Positions 8,391-17,862 of a stretch of 64,000 nt of DNA are shown here, in pieces. A program made the position numbers and the translations under genes. Below the pieces are notes generated by a model, which searched no databases, was not told the origin of the DNA, and saw only the letters and a program-made list of their open reading frames with translations. Within the stretch, counting starts at the first letter, position 1. Each line of letters starts with the position of its first letter. Location of the stretch: positions 1 to 64,000 of the IMG/VR virus record IMGVR_UViG_3300027969_000073; one strand, written 5' to 3'. The DNA comes from a virus.

Positions 8391-8950
8391 AACTAAATGT
8401 CACAGTAGATGAAATGGTAAAACATAAGCTTTTACCTAATCAAGTAATGCTACTATTATTTCTTTATCATAAAGATTTTGTTTCTTGTAAAGATTTATTT
8501 AGTAAAGAACTTTCTCTAGAACTACGCAATAGTCTAGTAAATACAGATTTTTTACTATCAGATGAAAGTACTTTATTTAAAGATACTATCATTAGTAAAA
8601 AGCATGTAGAAAAACTATTAGGCATTCGTGGAGACCAAGTTAATTTTTGGGAATTTTATAATTGTTATCCTGTTAAAGTAGGAGCAAGAGTCCTTCGTGC
8701 TGCTGGTCCTGATACTCAGATTGCTCAAAAGCATGAGAAAAAGTATTTAGCTCGTGTTAAAACTTTTGCTGCTCATGAACAAGCTATAAAGGCTATTACA
8801 ATTTTTGTAGCTAAGCAAAAACAAGCAGGAAAGCTATCTTTTTTACCTAATATGGAAACAGTAATGAATAATTCTATGTGGGAACAATGGGATGCTTTAG
8901 TCGAAGATGTAGGCACAGAAAGTAGTAATTGGACAGAAGATTTTATTTAA
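8387..8950 (+). CDS. Hypothetical replication-associated protein
   Basis: FWEFYNCYPVK resembles phage replisome organiser/loader motifs; lies upstream of dnaB; ATGA overlap with the helicase stop. Confidence 0.55.
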   Translation: MKLNVTVDEMVKHKLLPNQVMLLLFLYHKDFVSCKDLFSKELSLELRNSLVNTDFLLSDESTLFKDTIISKKHVEKLLGIRGDQVNFWEFYNCYPVKVGARVLRAAGPDTQIAQKHEKKYLARVKTFAAHEQAIKAITIFVAKQKQAGKLSFLPNMETVMNNSMWEQWDALVEDVGTESSNWTEDFI

Positions 8951-8951
8951 T

Positions 8952-9140
8952 ATGGAAGAAGTACAAAAATTAGCATGGTCTGTAATTTGGTTATTAGGTT
9001 TATCATTAATATTAGCAGGATTTGCAGGAATTTATAAATATCAAGTTTTTAAAGTAGATATTTTAATAGAATCTATTAGCTCTCTTATTATAGGAATTGT
9101 AGCTTTTATATTAGGAGCTTGTTTACATGATAAAGATTAG
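8952..9140 (+). CDS. Small two-TM membrane protein
   Basis: Two hydrophobic stretches of about 20 aa. Confidence 0.65.
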   Translation: MEEVQKLAWSVIWLLGLSLILAGFAGIYKYQVFKVDILIESISSLIIGIVAFILGACLHDKD

Positions 9141-9143
9141 TAT

Positions 9144-10223
9144 ATGACTAAAATTAATTACTGGGAAAAGCTTAAAGAACAAATTGAAAGAGGTAAAAAA
9201 GGTTTAAATACAGGAATTCCTTTTCAAAATTTTGATACTTTAAGTGACCAAATTGACAACATTCAGCAACGTCGTTATGATACAATTTTTGCTGGCACAG
9301 GTGTAGGTAAATCAGGTTTTCTTGATTCAACTTATGTTTATGGAGGTATTGATTTTCTTGAGAATAATCCTGGTTATGTACACTCTTTGAAGATTATTTA
9401 TTATTCTTTAGAAATTCCACCTGAAGACCAAATGGCTAAGTATATTGCTACGCTTATTTGGAAAGAACATGGAATATTAACTTCTACAAAAGAAATTAAA
9501 TCTCGTGGGAATAGTAATTTAAGACCTGAAGTAGCCAAATTAATTGACTCTTACGATGAACGTTGTGGAGAAATTCAAAACAAGTACATTAAGTATCGAA
9601 GCAGTTTGAATCCTGATTTCTTGTATAAGGATGTTATGACTTATGCAGAAAAACATGGTACTATTATTCGAAATCCTGATGGTATTATTATGAATTATAT
9701 ACCCAACGACCCTGGACTCATAACTTTGATTGTTGTTGACCATATTGGTCTTATCGACGAGGGAAAGTATGAAAGTAAAAAAGCTGCTATTGACCAAGCT
9801 TCTAAATATCTTGTATTTTTTAGAAATATGTTCAATTTTAGCCCTGTAGTAGTGACTCAGATTAATCGTAGTTCTGAACAAATGGACAGAAGAGAAAACG
9901 AGAATTGGATGCCAATGCTAAGTGATATCAAGAATACTGGTAATATCTCTGAAGATTCAAATACTGTAATTGGTCTAGCAAGTCCTTTTAATTACAGTAT
10001 AGATAATTTCCGTGGATATGATATTACTAAGTACAAAGATAGATTTAGAATTGCTAAAATTTGTAAAAATCGTGACGGTGCAACAGGCTTAGTAGCATCA
10101 TTTTTATTTATTGGAGAATATGGTGGCTATTATCAGTTACCATCTCAGAATCCTTATGGAACTGAGCAACCTCCTGAATTAAAGAAAATCAATAAATATT
10201 ATGCCAATAGTAAAACAAGTTAA
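9144..10223 (+). CDS. dnaB: DnaB-like (SF4) replicative helicase
   Basis: AGTGVGKS, YSLE, VVDHIG, QINR, KNRDG motifs. Confidence 0.92.
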   Translation: MTKINYWEKLKEQIERGKKGLNTGIPFQNFDTLSDQIDNIQQRRYDTIFAGTGVGKSGFLDSTYVYGGIDFLENNPGYVHSLKIIYYSLEIPPEDQMAKYIATLIWKEHGILTSTKEIKSRGNSNLRPEVAKLIDSYDERCGEIQNKYIKYRSSLNPDFLYKDVMTYAEKHGTIIRNPDGIIMNYIPNDPGLITLIVVDHIGLIDEGKYESKKAAIDQASKYLVFFRNMFNFSPVVVTQINRSSEQMDRRENENWMPMLSDIKNTGNISEDSNTVIGLASPFNYSIDNFRGYDITKYKDRFRIAKICKNRDGATGLVASFLFIGEYGGYYQLPSQNPYGTEQPPELKKINKYYANSKTS

Positions 10224-10701
10224 AGGAGACCTTTTAGCCTTATTTAAACAAGGTCATTTCCCTACAATTGCTCATGGATGTAATTGTGTACAAGTAATGG
10301 GAGCAGGTATTGCTAAACAAGTTGCTGAACAGTTTCCTGAAGCATTTGAAGCAGATAAAGAGTTTACATTGCCTGCTTTATACAGACTAGGAGAATATTC
10401 AGTAGTTCCTACTCAATACGGAGTTATTTTAAACTTTTATACTCAATTACAGCCAGGTGCTAATTTTGAGTATTGTGCTCTAAAAAATTGTTTAAAAAGA
10501 CTTTCTATGGAAGCTATTAAACAAGGTACTTACCTAGAATTGGCTGTTCCTTTTATTGGAGCAGGAATTGGAGGAGGAGATTGGAATACTATTAAAAAGA
10601 TTTTAAATTCTCAAGAGTATTTATTAATTACTGTCGTAGAATATGATCAAGGAACGTTACTTGTGGGTGAAGAAAAAGCTAACGAATCATCCGAATCTTA
10701 G
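10201..10701 (+). CDS. Macrodomain (ADP-ribose binding/hydrolase) protein
   Basis: VKGDL...AHGCNC...MGAGIA...IGAGIGGGDW. Confidence 0.9.
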   Translation: MPIVKQVKGDLLALFKQGHFPTIAHGCNCVQVMGAGIAKQVAEQFPEAFEADKEFTLPALYRLGEYSVVPTQYGVILNFYTQLQPGANFEYCALKNCLKRLSMEAIKQGTYLELAVPFIGAGIGGGDWNTIKKILNSQEYLLITVVEYDQGTLLVGEEKANESSES

Positions 10702-10939
10702 AGATTCTAATGAACAGTTGTATTTTGTATATCTTACTGAAATAGGTTACGATTGTGATAAACCTATTAAAGAATTTCTAAAAGATATGAGCAATAGAAC
10801 AATTCCTTACATTGATGTATTTGGTAGAGCTTCTAGAAAAGTGCAAGAAGAACATCCTCATCTAAGAGGTAAAACTTGGCAGAAAAGAAAAAATAAAAAA
10901 GAGCCAGAAATACGTCAAGAAATTAGGGATTTATCCTAA
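10643..10939 (+). CDS. Hypothetical phage protein
   Basis: 98-aa ORF (LRDS...RASRKVQEEHPHLRG). Confidence 0.7.
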   Translation: MIKERYLWVKKKLTNHPNLRDSNEQLYFVYLTEIGYDCDKPIKEFLKDMSNRTIPYIDVFGRASRKVQEEHPHLRGKTWQKRKNKKEPEIRQEIRDLS

Positions 10940-10946
10940 GATTTTG

Positions 10947-10954
10947 TATCTTTA
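10947..10954 (+). promoter_or_regulatory. Bacteroidota -7-like promoter element (TATCTTTA)
   Basis: One mismatch to TAnnTTTG, preceded by TTG, in the intergenic gap before the ATPase. Confidence 0.45.
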
Positions 10955-10959
10955 TTATC

Positions 10960-10983
10960 TAGTAAACAATTTAAAAATCAATA
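10960..10983 (+). repeat. 24-bp direct repeat, copy 1
   Basis: TAGTAAACAATTTAAAAATCAATA; 23/24 identical to 11660-11683. Confidence 0.8.
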
Positions 10984-10987
10984 CTTT

Positions 10988-11662
10988 ATGGGACAATTAG
11001 TGTTCGTGGTTGGAAAATCAGGTATGGGGAAATCTACCTCTCTGAGAAATCTAAATCCAGATGAAACTGTTATTATTAATACGGATCAAAAAGCGCTTCC
11101 GTTTAAGCAGTTTAATCAAAAATACAGTGAAGAAAAACGCAATTACAAAAAGACTTCTGATGTAAATGCAGTTATTACTACACTGAAAAAAGTAAATGCG
11201 TTGGAGAACGTAAAAACAATTATTGTTGATACATGGTCTCGTATTATGACTGATGCTATCATGAATCCTAATTTTAGAGCAGAAAAAGGCTTTGACAAAT
11301 GGACAAAAATGGCATCTGCTCAGTATGACCTAATTAACTTCATTAATGATGGAATGAGAGACGATATCATCGTATATCTATTTGCTCATCCAGAAACTCA
11401 TTATGATGAATCAGGATTCCCTTCTGAGCGTATCGGTGTTCAAGGTAAAATGTTGGAGCGTTTTGTTCCTGAGTCATTTAGTACTATTGTACTTTATGCA
11501 GAAATCATTAAGACTCCTGGACAACCTAACAAACATGTATTCAGAACTATATCATCAGGCTCTGATACTTGTAAAACTCCTTTAGAAATGTTTGAAGAGA
11601 ACACTATCAACAATGATTTGATAGAAGTAAATCAAGCAATTCGTGAGTATTACTCAATTTAG
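10988..11662 (+). CDS. AAA/Sak4-like P-loop ATPase (recombination)
   Basis: GKSGMGKS Walker A, IIVDT Walker B, FAH, KTP; next to SSB-like genes. Confidence 0.85.
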   Translation: MGQLVFVVGKSGMGKSTSLRNLNPDETVIINTDQKALPFKQFNQKYSEEKRNYKKTSDVNAVITTLKKVNALENVKTIIVDTWSRIMTDAIMNPNFRAEKGFDKWTKMASAQYDLINFINDGMRDDIIVYLFAHPETHYDESGFPSERIGVQGKMLERFVPESFSTIVLYAEIIKTPGQPNKHVFRTISSGSDTCKTPLEMFEENTINNDLIEVNQAIREYYSI

Positions 11663-11683
11663 TAAACAATTTAATAATCAATA
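11660..11683 (+). repeat. 24-bp direct repeat, copy 2
   Basis: TAGTAAACAATTTAATAATCAATA. Confidence 0.8.
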
Positions 11684-11695
11684 AAGACAGCAAAA

Positions 11696-12334
11696 ATGCA
11701 AGATTTAAACTGGGGAGAACTCCCTACACAAAGAAAAAGAAAAGAGGAAAAGTATTCATTTCCTGTAGTTACAATGTCAGCAATTGAAAAAGTTGGTGCT
11801 GGTAGAAAATTTAGTTTTAACAAAGCTGCTCAAGAGGCTTTAGGCATCAAAGGTGGAGACAAAATTGCTTTTGCTTTTCCTGCAAATGGTATCTTTGTTC
11901 GTAAGTTTGAGAGTGATCGTTCACTTACTTTGACTCAAACTTGTAGCATTAGTGATAAAAAAACTTACGAGTTTATCGCTAAACAGCTTAATCTTAACAT
12001 TGAAAAAGAAAACGAATTGTTGTTGACTTCTTCAACTATGGGAGAAGGAATTTTCGAATTGACAGTTTTGCTTCAGCCAATGACATTTACTACAACAGAT
12101 TTAGGAGAAATTTCTGATGAAGCAGATTTAAGTGCTGATTTATCTTCTATTCCTGCAACTCCTGAAGGAGGAACTTTGTATGAAATGGTAGACGAATCTA
12201 CAGAGCCTTCTGATGAAATGGTTACAGAAGTTATTGGAGAAGAAGTAGCAGAAATGCCTGAGCCTGAAGATGCAGTAATGGGAGAACCTACAAAAGAAGA
12301 ATCTGACGAAGACGACGAAGAAGAAGAGTGGTAA
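11696..12334 (+). CDS. Hypothetical protein with possible AbrB-like N-domain and long acidic tail
   Basis: FNKAAQEALGIKGGDKIAF; C-terminus ...EDDEEEEW. Confidence 0.6.
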   Translation: MQDLNWGELPTQRKRKEEKYSFPVVTMSAIEKVGAGRKFSFNKAAQEALGIKGGDKIAFAFPANGIFVRKFESDRSLTLTQTCSISDKKTYEFIAKQLNLNIEKENELLLTSSTMGEGIFELTVLLQPMTFTTTDLGEISDEADLSADLSSIPATPEGGTLYEMVDESTEPSDEMVTEVIGEEVAEMPEPEDAVMGEPTKEESDEDDEEEEW

Positions 12335-12355
12335 TCAATTCTTAATTAAATACAA

Positions 12356-12387
12356 GTGCGAGATTCTCTAAGTTTCTCGCATTTTTT
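12356..12387 (+). terminator. Intrinsic terminator
   Basis: TGCGAGA/TCTCGCA stem followed by T6. Confidence 0.7.
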
Positions 12388-12416
12388 ATCAATAATTTTA
12401 ATCAAATACAAATCAA

Positions 12417-13013
12417 ATGATCAATTTAAATGACGCATCTTATGATGCAAAAGAAGGAGCAGTAATTTTCAACGGAGGAGTTGCTGGAGTAGTAGAAAAC
12501 TTAGTAGCGTCTGTTACTAAAAAGACTAAAGAGGATAAAGAAAATTCTCCTGAGTACAAATTGAATTTCACAGATGAAAATGGTGGAGTTTGTAGTACTT
12601 CTTTTTGGTATGTTACAGAAGCTACTGCTTACAATACTGTTGACGAGCAGATTCAAAAACAAGGTAAAGTGTTGAAACATATTCTTCACGCTATCTATGG
12701 AGCTACTTTTGAAATTCCATCTTTTCAAACTGCTCAAGCAATGCTAGACGGTTGTATGAAATTAATCCGTGAAGGTCTTGCTTCAGGAATTAAATTTCGT
12801 ATTTTTGCTAACTACGGAACTAAAGATTCTCGTAAAAAATACATCCAACCTCGTTCTTGGGTTCCTTTCGTAGAAGCTATGTCTGTAGATATTGCTGCTA
12901 CAAGATTAAGAGCAGGAGACTTAGACGGAATGACACGCTTGTCTGAAGATTCTCTTGTTCAACCTACTGGTCCTGCTAATGCAGACTCTTTGGTTGATGA
13001 CGAAGAGTGGTAA
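12417..13013 (+). CDS. Putative single-stranded DNA-binding protein
   Basis: Lies between the Sak4-like ATPase and the primase; beta-rich N-part; acidic tail ending in an aromatic residue (LVDDEEW). Confidence 0.6.
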   Translation: MINLNDASYDAKEGAVIFNGGVAGVVENLVASVTKKTKEDKENSPEYKLNFTDENGGVCSTSFWYVTEATAYNTVDEQIQKQGKVLKHILHAIYGATFEIPSFQTAQAMLDGCMKLIREGLASGIKFRIFANYGTKDSRKKYIQPRSWVPFVEAMSVDIAATRLRAGDLDGMTRLSEDSLVQPTGPANADSLVDDEEW

Positions 13014-13027
13014 TTAAAATAACCTCG

Positions 13028-13061
13028 AGAAGTAGTCTAAGTTAGGCTACTTCTATTTTTT
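13028..13061 (+). terminator. Intrinsic terminator
   Basis: AGAAGTAGTCTA/TAGGCTACTTCT stem followed by A plus T6. Confidence 0.75.
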
Positions 13062-13065
13062 ACTT

Positions 13066-14082
13066 ATGGAAGGAGAAATTAACCTAAATTCGATAGTTTA
13101 TAATAGAATTATAACTAAAGAAGACATTCTAAAACATGTTACTCAAGAGGAAATCTATTCTCTTTATTTAGGAGAAGATATTTCTCAGTTAGGTGTATAT
13201 CATAGTCCATTAAGAGATGATAATATTCCTTCTTTTGGTCTTTATTTCCACAAAGTTGAGAGAAACACTCTAATGTTTTATGATTTTGCAACCAGAGATT
13301 CTGGTGATTTCGTGGTTTTGGTTTGTAAATTGTTTAATTTACCTTATGTAGAAGCCCTAAAGAAAATAGCATTTGATTTAGGGCTTTCACATTTATCTGT
13401 GGAAGCAAATAAACAAAACATCCAATACACTAGAATCCTACAAAAAGAACAAGTAAAATTAGGGGTTAAATTAAGAAATTGGTCTGTCCAAGATAAAGCT
13501 TTTTGGTCTTCTTTTGGCATCAAAAAAGCAACATTAATTAAGTTTAATGTGTTTCCTATTAGTCACGTTTTTTATAATGATACAGGCGTTAAAACAAGCA
13601 GTTTAGCCTATGTATATGCAGAATTTAAAGATGGTATTACTTCTTACAAGATTTACCAACCTTTTGAGACTAAAATTAAAAAATGGATTAATAATGCTAA
13701 CTATAGTGTTCATCAAGGCTATAAACAATTACCTAATAAAGGTAAAATTCTTATAGTTACAAAGTCATTGAAAGATGTAATGAGTATTCACGACTGTCTA
13801 AATATTCCTGCAATTGGTTTGCAATCAGAATCCGTAATGATGAAGGATTCAGTAATGGATGAATATAAAAATCGTTTTGAACACGTAATATGTCTATTTG
13901 ACAATGATGAAGCAGGTAAAAAGTTGACTGCAATGTTTTCTGAGGCATTTCAAATTCCTTTCTTTTTTGTACCCGAATTGCCTAAAGTTACTGACTTTTC
14001 TGATTTAGTAAAATCTGTAGGAGTAACTGAAGCTACTTCTATCACAAAAAAATTAATCAAGAATGAAATTAGAAACCGATAA
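13066..14082 (+). CDS. dnaG: DnaG-type DNA primase
   Basis: Degenerate Zn-binding domain (SPLRDDNIPSF...YDF...GD) and TOPRIM (IVTKSLKD; LFDNDEAG). Confidence 0.88.
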   Translation: MEGEINLNSIVYNRIITKEDILKHVTQEEIYSLYLGEDISQLGVYHSPLRDDNIPSFGLYFHKVERNTLMFYDFATRDSGDFVVLVCKLFNLPYVEALKKIAFDLGLSHLSVEANKQNIQYTRILQKEQVKLGVKLRNWSVQDKAFWSSFGIKKATLIKFNVFPISHVFYNDTGVKTSSLAYVYAEFKDGITSYKIYQPFETKIKKWINNANYSVHQGYKQLPNKGKILIVTKSLKDVMSIHDCLNIPAIGLQSESVMMKDSVMDEYKNRFEHVICLFDNDEAGKKLTAMFSEAFQIPFFFVPELPKVTDFSDLVKSVGVTEATSITKKLIKNEIRNR

Positions 14083-16501
14083 GAAAATTGGTTTTGATAG
14101 TAATATGGGTTTTGATGGAGTAGATGCTTCTATCAGTGCAGATGATATGCACAAATTGTGGGATATCTTACAAGACCCTTATAAGAATTCTATTGGAGCC
14201 GTAGTGCGAGAGTATGTTAGTAATAGTTTTGACTCACATGCTGAGGCAAACTTTATTAAACATAACGATTTAACTGCAATTCGTAATGAATATTCTGTGT
14301 ACAATACTGTACCAGATGAAGAAATTATTGAATTGAAAAAACATTTGCAAGTATTTAATGATGATGCCGTTGCAGTGTCTATTAATACTGATACTTCAGG
14401 AGTTTATTGGACAACTGAAGACTTTGGAGTAGGACTTTCTCCAAGTCGTGTAGTAAATGTTTTTGCAAACTATTTAAAGTCTACTAAAGAAAATTCTAAT
14501 AATGTAATCGGCGCCTTCGGAATTGGTTCTAAATCAGGTTTGTCTTATACAGACATTGTTTTCATACGAACTAGATATAATGGTAAAGAGTATGAGTATT
14601 GGCTTCGTAAAGGAGAAAAAGGTCCAAGATTAGAATTTGTATCTGAAATTCCTACTACGGAAAGAAATGGTACTCAGATTAAGATTTACATTAAGATTGT
14701 ATCAGGTCCGTATTCTTGGAGTAATCCTATGCCTGAAACACTTAGATTTGAGGAAGAATGTAAGAAACAGTTAGCTTATTTTGACAATGTGTATTTTAGT
14801 GGAATTTCTATTCAAAATGATTACAAGTTATTTGAAGGTACTCATTGGGTAAAAAATAGTAGTATTGCTCCTTTTTCTGGTCTCCATTTATGTTTAGGTA
14901 AGGTTGCTTACCCAATTGACTTTGGAGTTCTAGGAATTGATGCTATTACGTTTCCTGTAGCTTTAAAATTTGATATTGGAGAATTAGATGTTATTCAAAC
15001 TCGTGAGGATGTTCGATATAATCCTAAAACAAAAGCAGCTATTCTTAATAAGATAGATTTGTTAAAGGAAGAATTTGAAACTCGCTGGAATAGTATTCAA
15101 TTAGAAACTGATGATTTACAGGTTTATCTAAAAAATAAAGATAAGATTCCTGCTATTGAATTAGATTCTCAAAATACATTACTATTAGAACAGCTATTTC
15201 CGCCAAAGTATTTAAAAGCATGGAAATTTATACCATTTGACAAAATTAATTTTAAGTGTCCAATTCTAGAAAATCTATTCTTTGAGTATAATGTATCTTA
15301 TAGAATGACTTCTCAAAGACTAGTTCCTAATAGTTTTGGAATGGGCTTTGGTAAATTTCTATTTGAAGGTACTTATACTTTTTATCGTATAAAAGAAAAT
15401 ACTACTCCACTAGTAACTAAGTATATTGTTCAAGAACTAGAAGGAAGTAGAGACTGTTATTTAATTAGAAAAACTAAGCACATTTCTTTGTATGCGTACA
15501 AAAAGTTTTTAAAACTAGATGACTATCCTAAATCTGAATGGAGAACTATTATTACCACTTATCAAAAGGAAATTCAAAGACTTTTGATTAAAGTTAGTAA
15601 GTCTTATGATAAAGTCGTGGTTCCAAAAGAGTGGGGTGCAAAAGATAAAAATAGAGTAGCTATAGATAGAACGCTGTACAATGTAAATGTTCAACAATTA
15701 CATCATGGTTATAATCTTTATTATACTCAATTGTCTTACAAATGGAATAAAGCTACAGTTTTACATAGTAAAAAACAATATTTAATAGATTCCGTTACAA
15801 ATAAAGAATCTTTAAATGATGTGACTACTTTGTATTATGCTGCTTTACAATACCGTTTTAAATTAGGAAAACTTCAAAGAAATCCTATTGAACGTGGCGG
15901 TCAAATTATGGCTGCTACAGTTGCACCAACTAACTTAAAGCATTTTGAAAATATGAAAAATGTAACTACGGTAGAATCTTTCTTGAATAAGAAAAATCTA
16001 ATTTTTAGACAAACAATGACTGCTATTAGATTATCTAAAAATGCTAAATTAATGCAACTTCTTAGAACTTCTCGTGACTTGTCTAATATTTGGGAAAATG
16101 TTTATTCACCTATAGCAAAAGAATTAATATTCTTGACTAAATATGTAGGAATGGCCTCAGATATTAATAAGAATAGCAAATTTGTAGAATCTTGTTATAG
16201 TATAGCAGAAGAGCATAATTCGTGGGAATTTGATGTACTAAATAGAGCTGAAAATCTTCTTAAGTATTTTGAAGGATTAGATTTAATATTGTATTTAAAT
16301 AATTTAAGTGTTACTCCTGTGGAGCATATTGTACACTATATTCGAAATTACAATAAGTCTAATCGTGTTTCTTTGAGAAAGAAGTTAAATCCTAACTATT
16401 ATGTAAACTTTAATGCTCTGGAAGTAGAAGCTTTAGCTTCTTTTAAAGATGGTTCAATGGAAAAAATTACTAGTAATTATGTTAAATTATTGTCTAACTA
16501 A
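14063..16501 (+). CDS. rIIA: rIIA-like protein (N-terminal GHKL ATPase)
   Basis: REYVSNSFD, DFGVGLS, GAFGIGSK and NGT motifs; directly upstream of an rIIB-like gene. Confidence 0.85.
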   Translation: MKLETDKKIGFDSNMGFDGVDASISADDMHKLWDILQDPYKNSIGAVVREYVSNSFDSHAEANFIKHNDLTAIRNEYSVYNTVPDEEIIELKKHLQVFNDDAVAVSINTDTSGVYWTTEDFGVGLSPSRVVNVFANYLKSTKENSNNVIGAFGIGSKSGLSYTDIVFIRTRYNGKEYEYWLRKGEKGPRLEFVSEIPTTERNGTQIKIYIKIVSGPYSWSNPMPETLRFEEECKKQLAYFDNVYFSGISIQNDYKLFEGTHWVKNSSIAPFSGLHLCLGKVAYPIDFGVLGIDAITFPVALKFDIGELDVIQTREDVRYNPKTKAAILNKIDLLKEEFETRWNSIQLETDDLQVYLKNKDKIPAIELDSQNTLLLEQLFPPKYLKAWKFIPFDKINFKCPILENLFFEYNVSYRMTSQRLVPNSFGMGFGKFLFEGTYTFYRIKENTTPLVTKYIVQELEGSRDCYLIRKTKHISLYAYKKFLKLDDYPKSEWRTIITTYQKEIQRLLIKVSKSYDKVVVPKEWGAKDKNRVAIDRTLYNVNVQQLHHGYNLYYTQLSYKWNKATVLHSKKQYLIDSVTNKESLNDVTTLYYAALQYRFKLGKLQRNPIERGGQIMAATVAPTNLKHFENMKNVTTVESFLNKKNLIFRQTMTAIRLSKNAKLMQLLRTSRDLSNIWENVYSPIAKELIFLTKYVGMASDINKNSKFVESCYSIAEEHNSWEFDVLNRAENLLKYFEGLDLILYLNNLSVTPVEHIVHYIRNYNKSNRVSLRKKLNPNYYVNFNALEVEALASFKDGSMEKITSNYVKLLSN

Positions 16502-16513
16502 AAAAATTAAATT

Positions 16514-17860
16514 ATGATAAAAGCAATGCGTGTAGATAAAACAGTTATCTGTTTTATTGGCTCAAAAATGTATCGAAAAGAATGTAGTTCTGATGAAGAA
16601 TTATTATTAGTTTTCGAGACTATTTCTAATACTAATGAAAACGATGCTGATGAAGTAAAAGCTCTATTGGAGTTGATGGCGGATACAGCAGTTTTACGCC
16701 AACAAGAAAAGCAACAGGAAGAAATTGCTAAAGTTGAATTAGAAATAGCAGAACAACAATCTTTATTAGATTGGATGGAATCTATTAAAACTTTGGGAGA
16801 CGATCACTTCGAGGTAGTGGGAATTCGCCTTTACATGAAGAATATCAACATTACTATTCCTGAATTTTTGGCAAGAGAATTTGCACTTCGTAGAGAAAAC
16901 AAAGAAGATTTATCAGCAATGATGAATTTTTGGAGACTATGTGCACTAAACTCTGATCCAAGATGTCGTGAGGATTTGTATAAATTCTTAATTAATAACA
17001 AATTGAGTTTAACTCCTTCTGGTTATTTTGTTGCTTACAGAAATGTAAATATAAAAAATGAAGGAAATAGAGTAGTAAATGAGTTTGTTTCTGCGCAATG
17101 GTCTAAAGTCAAAGCTCAAAAGAAATCTCCTAAAAACTATATTGTAGCTAAAGATTTTGAAATAGACGGATTTGTTTGTATTACTGCAGATAAATGGGAA
17201 ACTGTTGAAGACACTATTTATGAAGTAGAACATGGAGAAGTAGACGATGATGATGATTATCAAGAGGCTTATATAGAAGAATATACTAAATATTCTTATG
17301 TAGGTAATCTTCAAGAATTGTATCAAGAGTTGACTAAAGATAACGAAGAAACTCAAACTGTTTATACTGATGGGTATACAGGTAGAATGCGTATTGTTAT
17401 TGGAGAACCTGTAAGTATTCCAAGAAGCCAATGTAATGCTAATCCTGATGAAACTTGTTCAAGAGGTTTGCATGCTGCTAATAGTAGTTGGTTAACTAGC
17501 GGATATTTTGGCTCTGTAGGTTTAGCTGTTTTGGTAAATCCAATGAATGTTGTAGCAGTTCCTTATACGGATGGAGGTAAACTTCGTTGTTGTGAGTATC
17601 TTCCAATTTGTACTATTGAGTATGATGAAAATGGAAAAGTAATTCCTATTGACACTGCTACATTTGAACATGATTATGCTGAGTATACTCAAGCAGAATT
17701 AGAAAAAATGCTTTCTACAGTAGAATTGGAAGAACTAAAAGCTCACGATATTATTCCAAAAGAAATCAGTTTAACAGCTTTAAAAGGAATTATCACAGGC
17801 CTGGGAGATACTTTATCAGAAATGACTGAAGTTATTAAAAATCGTAAAGTAACCGTGTAA
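16514..17860 (+). CDS. rIIB: rIIB-like protein
   Basis: GYFVAYR; VSIPR...CSRGLH; VNPMNVVAVP...KLRCCEY. Confidence 0.85.
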   Translation: MIKAMRVDKTVICFIGSKMYRKECSSDEELLLVFETISNTNENDADEVKALLELMADTAVLRQQEKQQEEIAKVELEIAEQQSLLDWMESIKTLGDDHFEVVGIRLYMKNINITIPEFLAREFALRRENKEDLSAMMNFWRLCALNSDPRCREDLYKFLINNKLSLTPSGYFVAYRNVNIKNEGNRVVNEFVSAQWSKVKAQKKSPKNYIVAKDFEIDGFVCITADKWETVEDTIYEVEHGEVDDDDDYQEAYIEEYTKYSYVGNLQELYQELTKDNEETQTVYTDGYTGRMRIVIGEPVSIPRSQCNANPDETCSRGLHAANSSWLTSGYFGSVGLAVLVNPMNVVAVPYTDGGKLRCCEYLPICTIEYDENGKVIPIDTATFEHDYAEYTQAELEKMLSTVELEELKAHDIIPKEISLTALKGIITGLGDTLSEMTEVIKNRKVTV

Positions 17861-17862
17861 AT

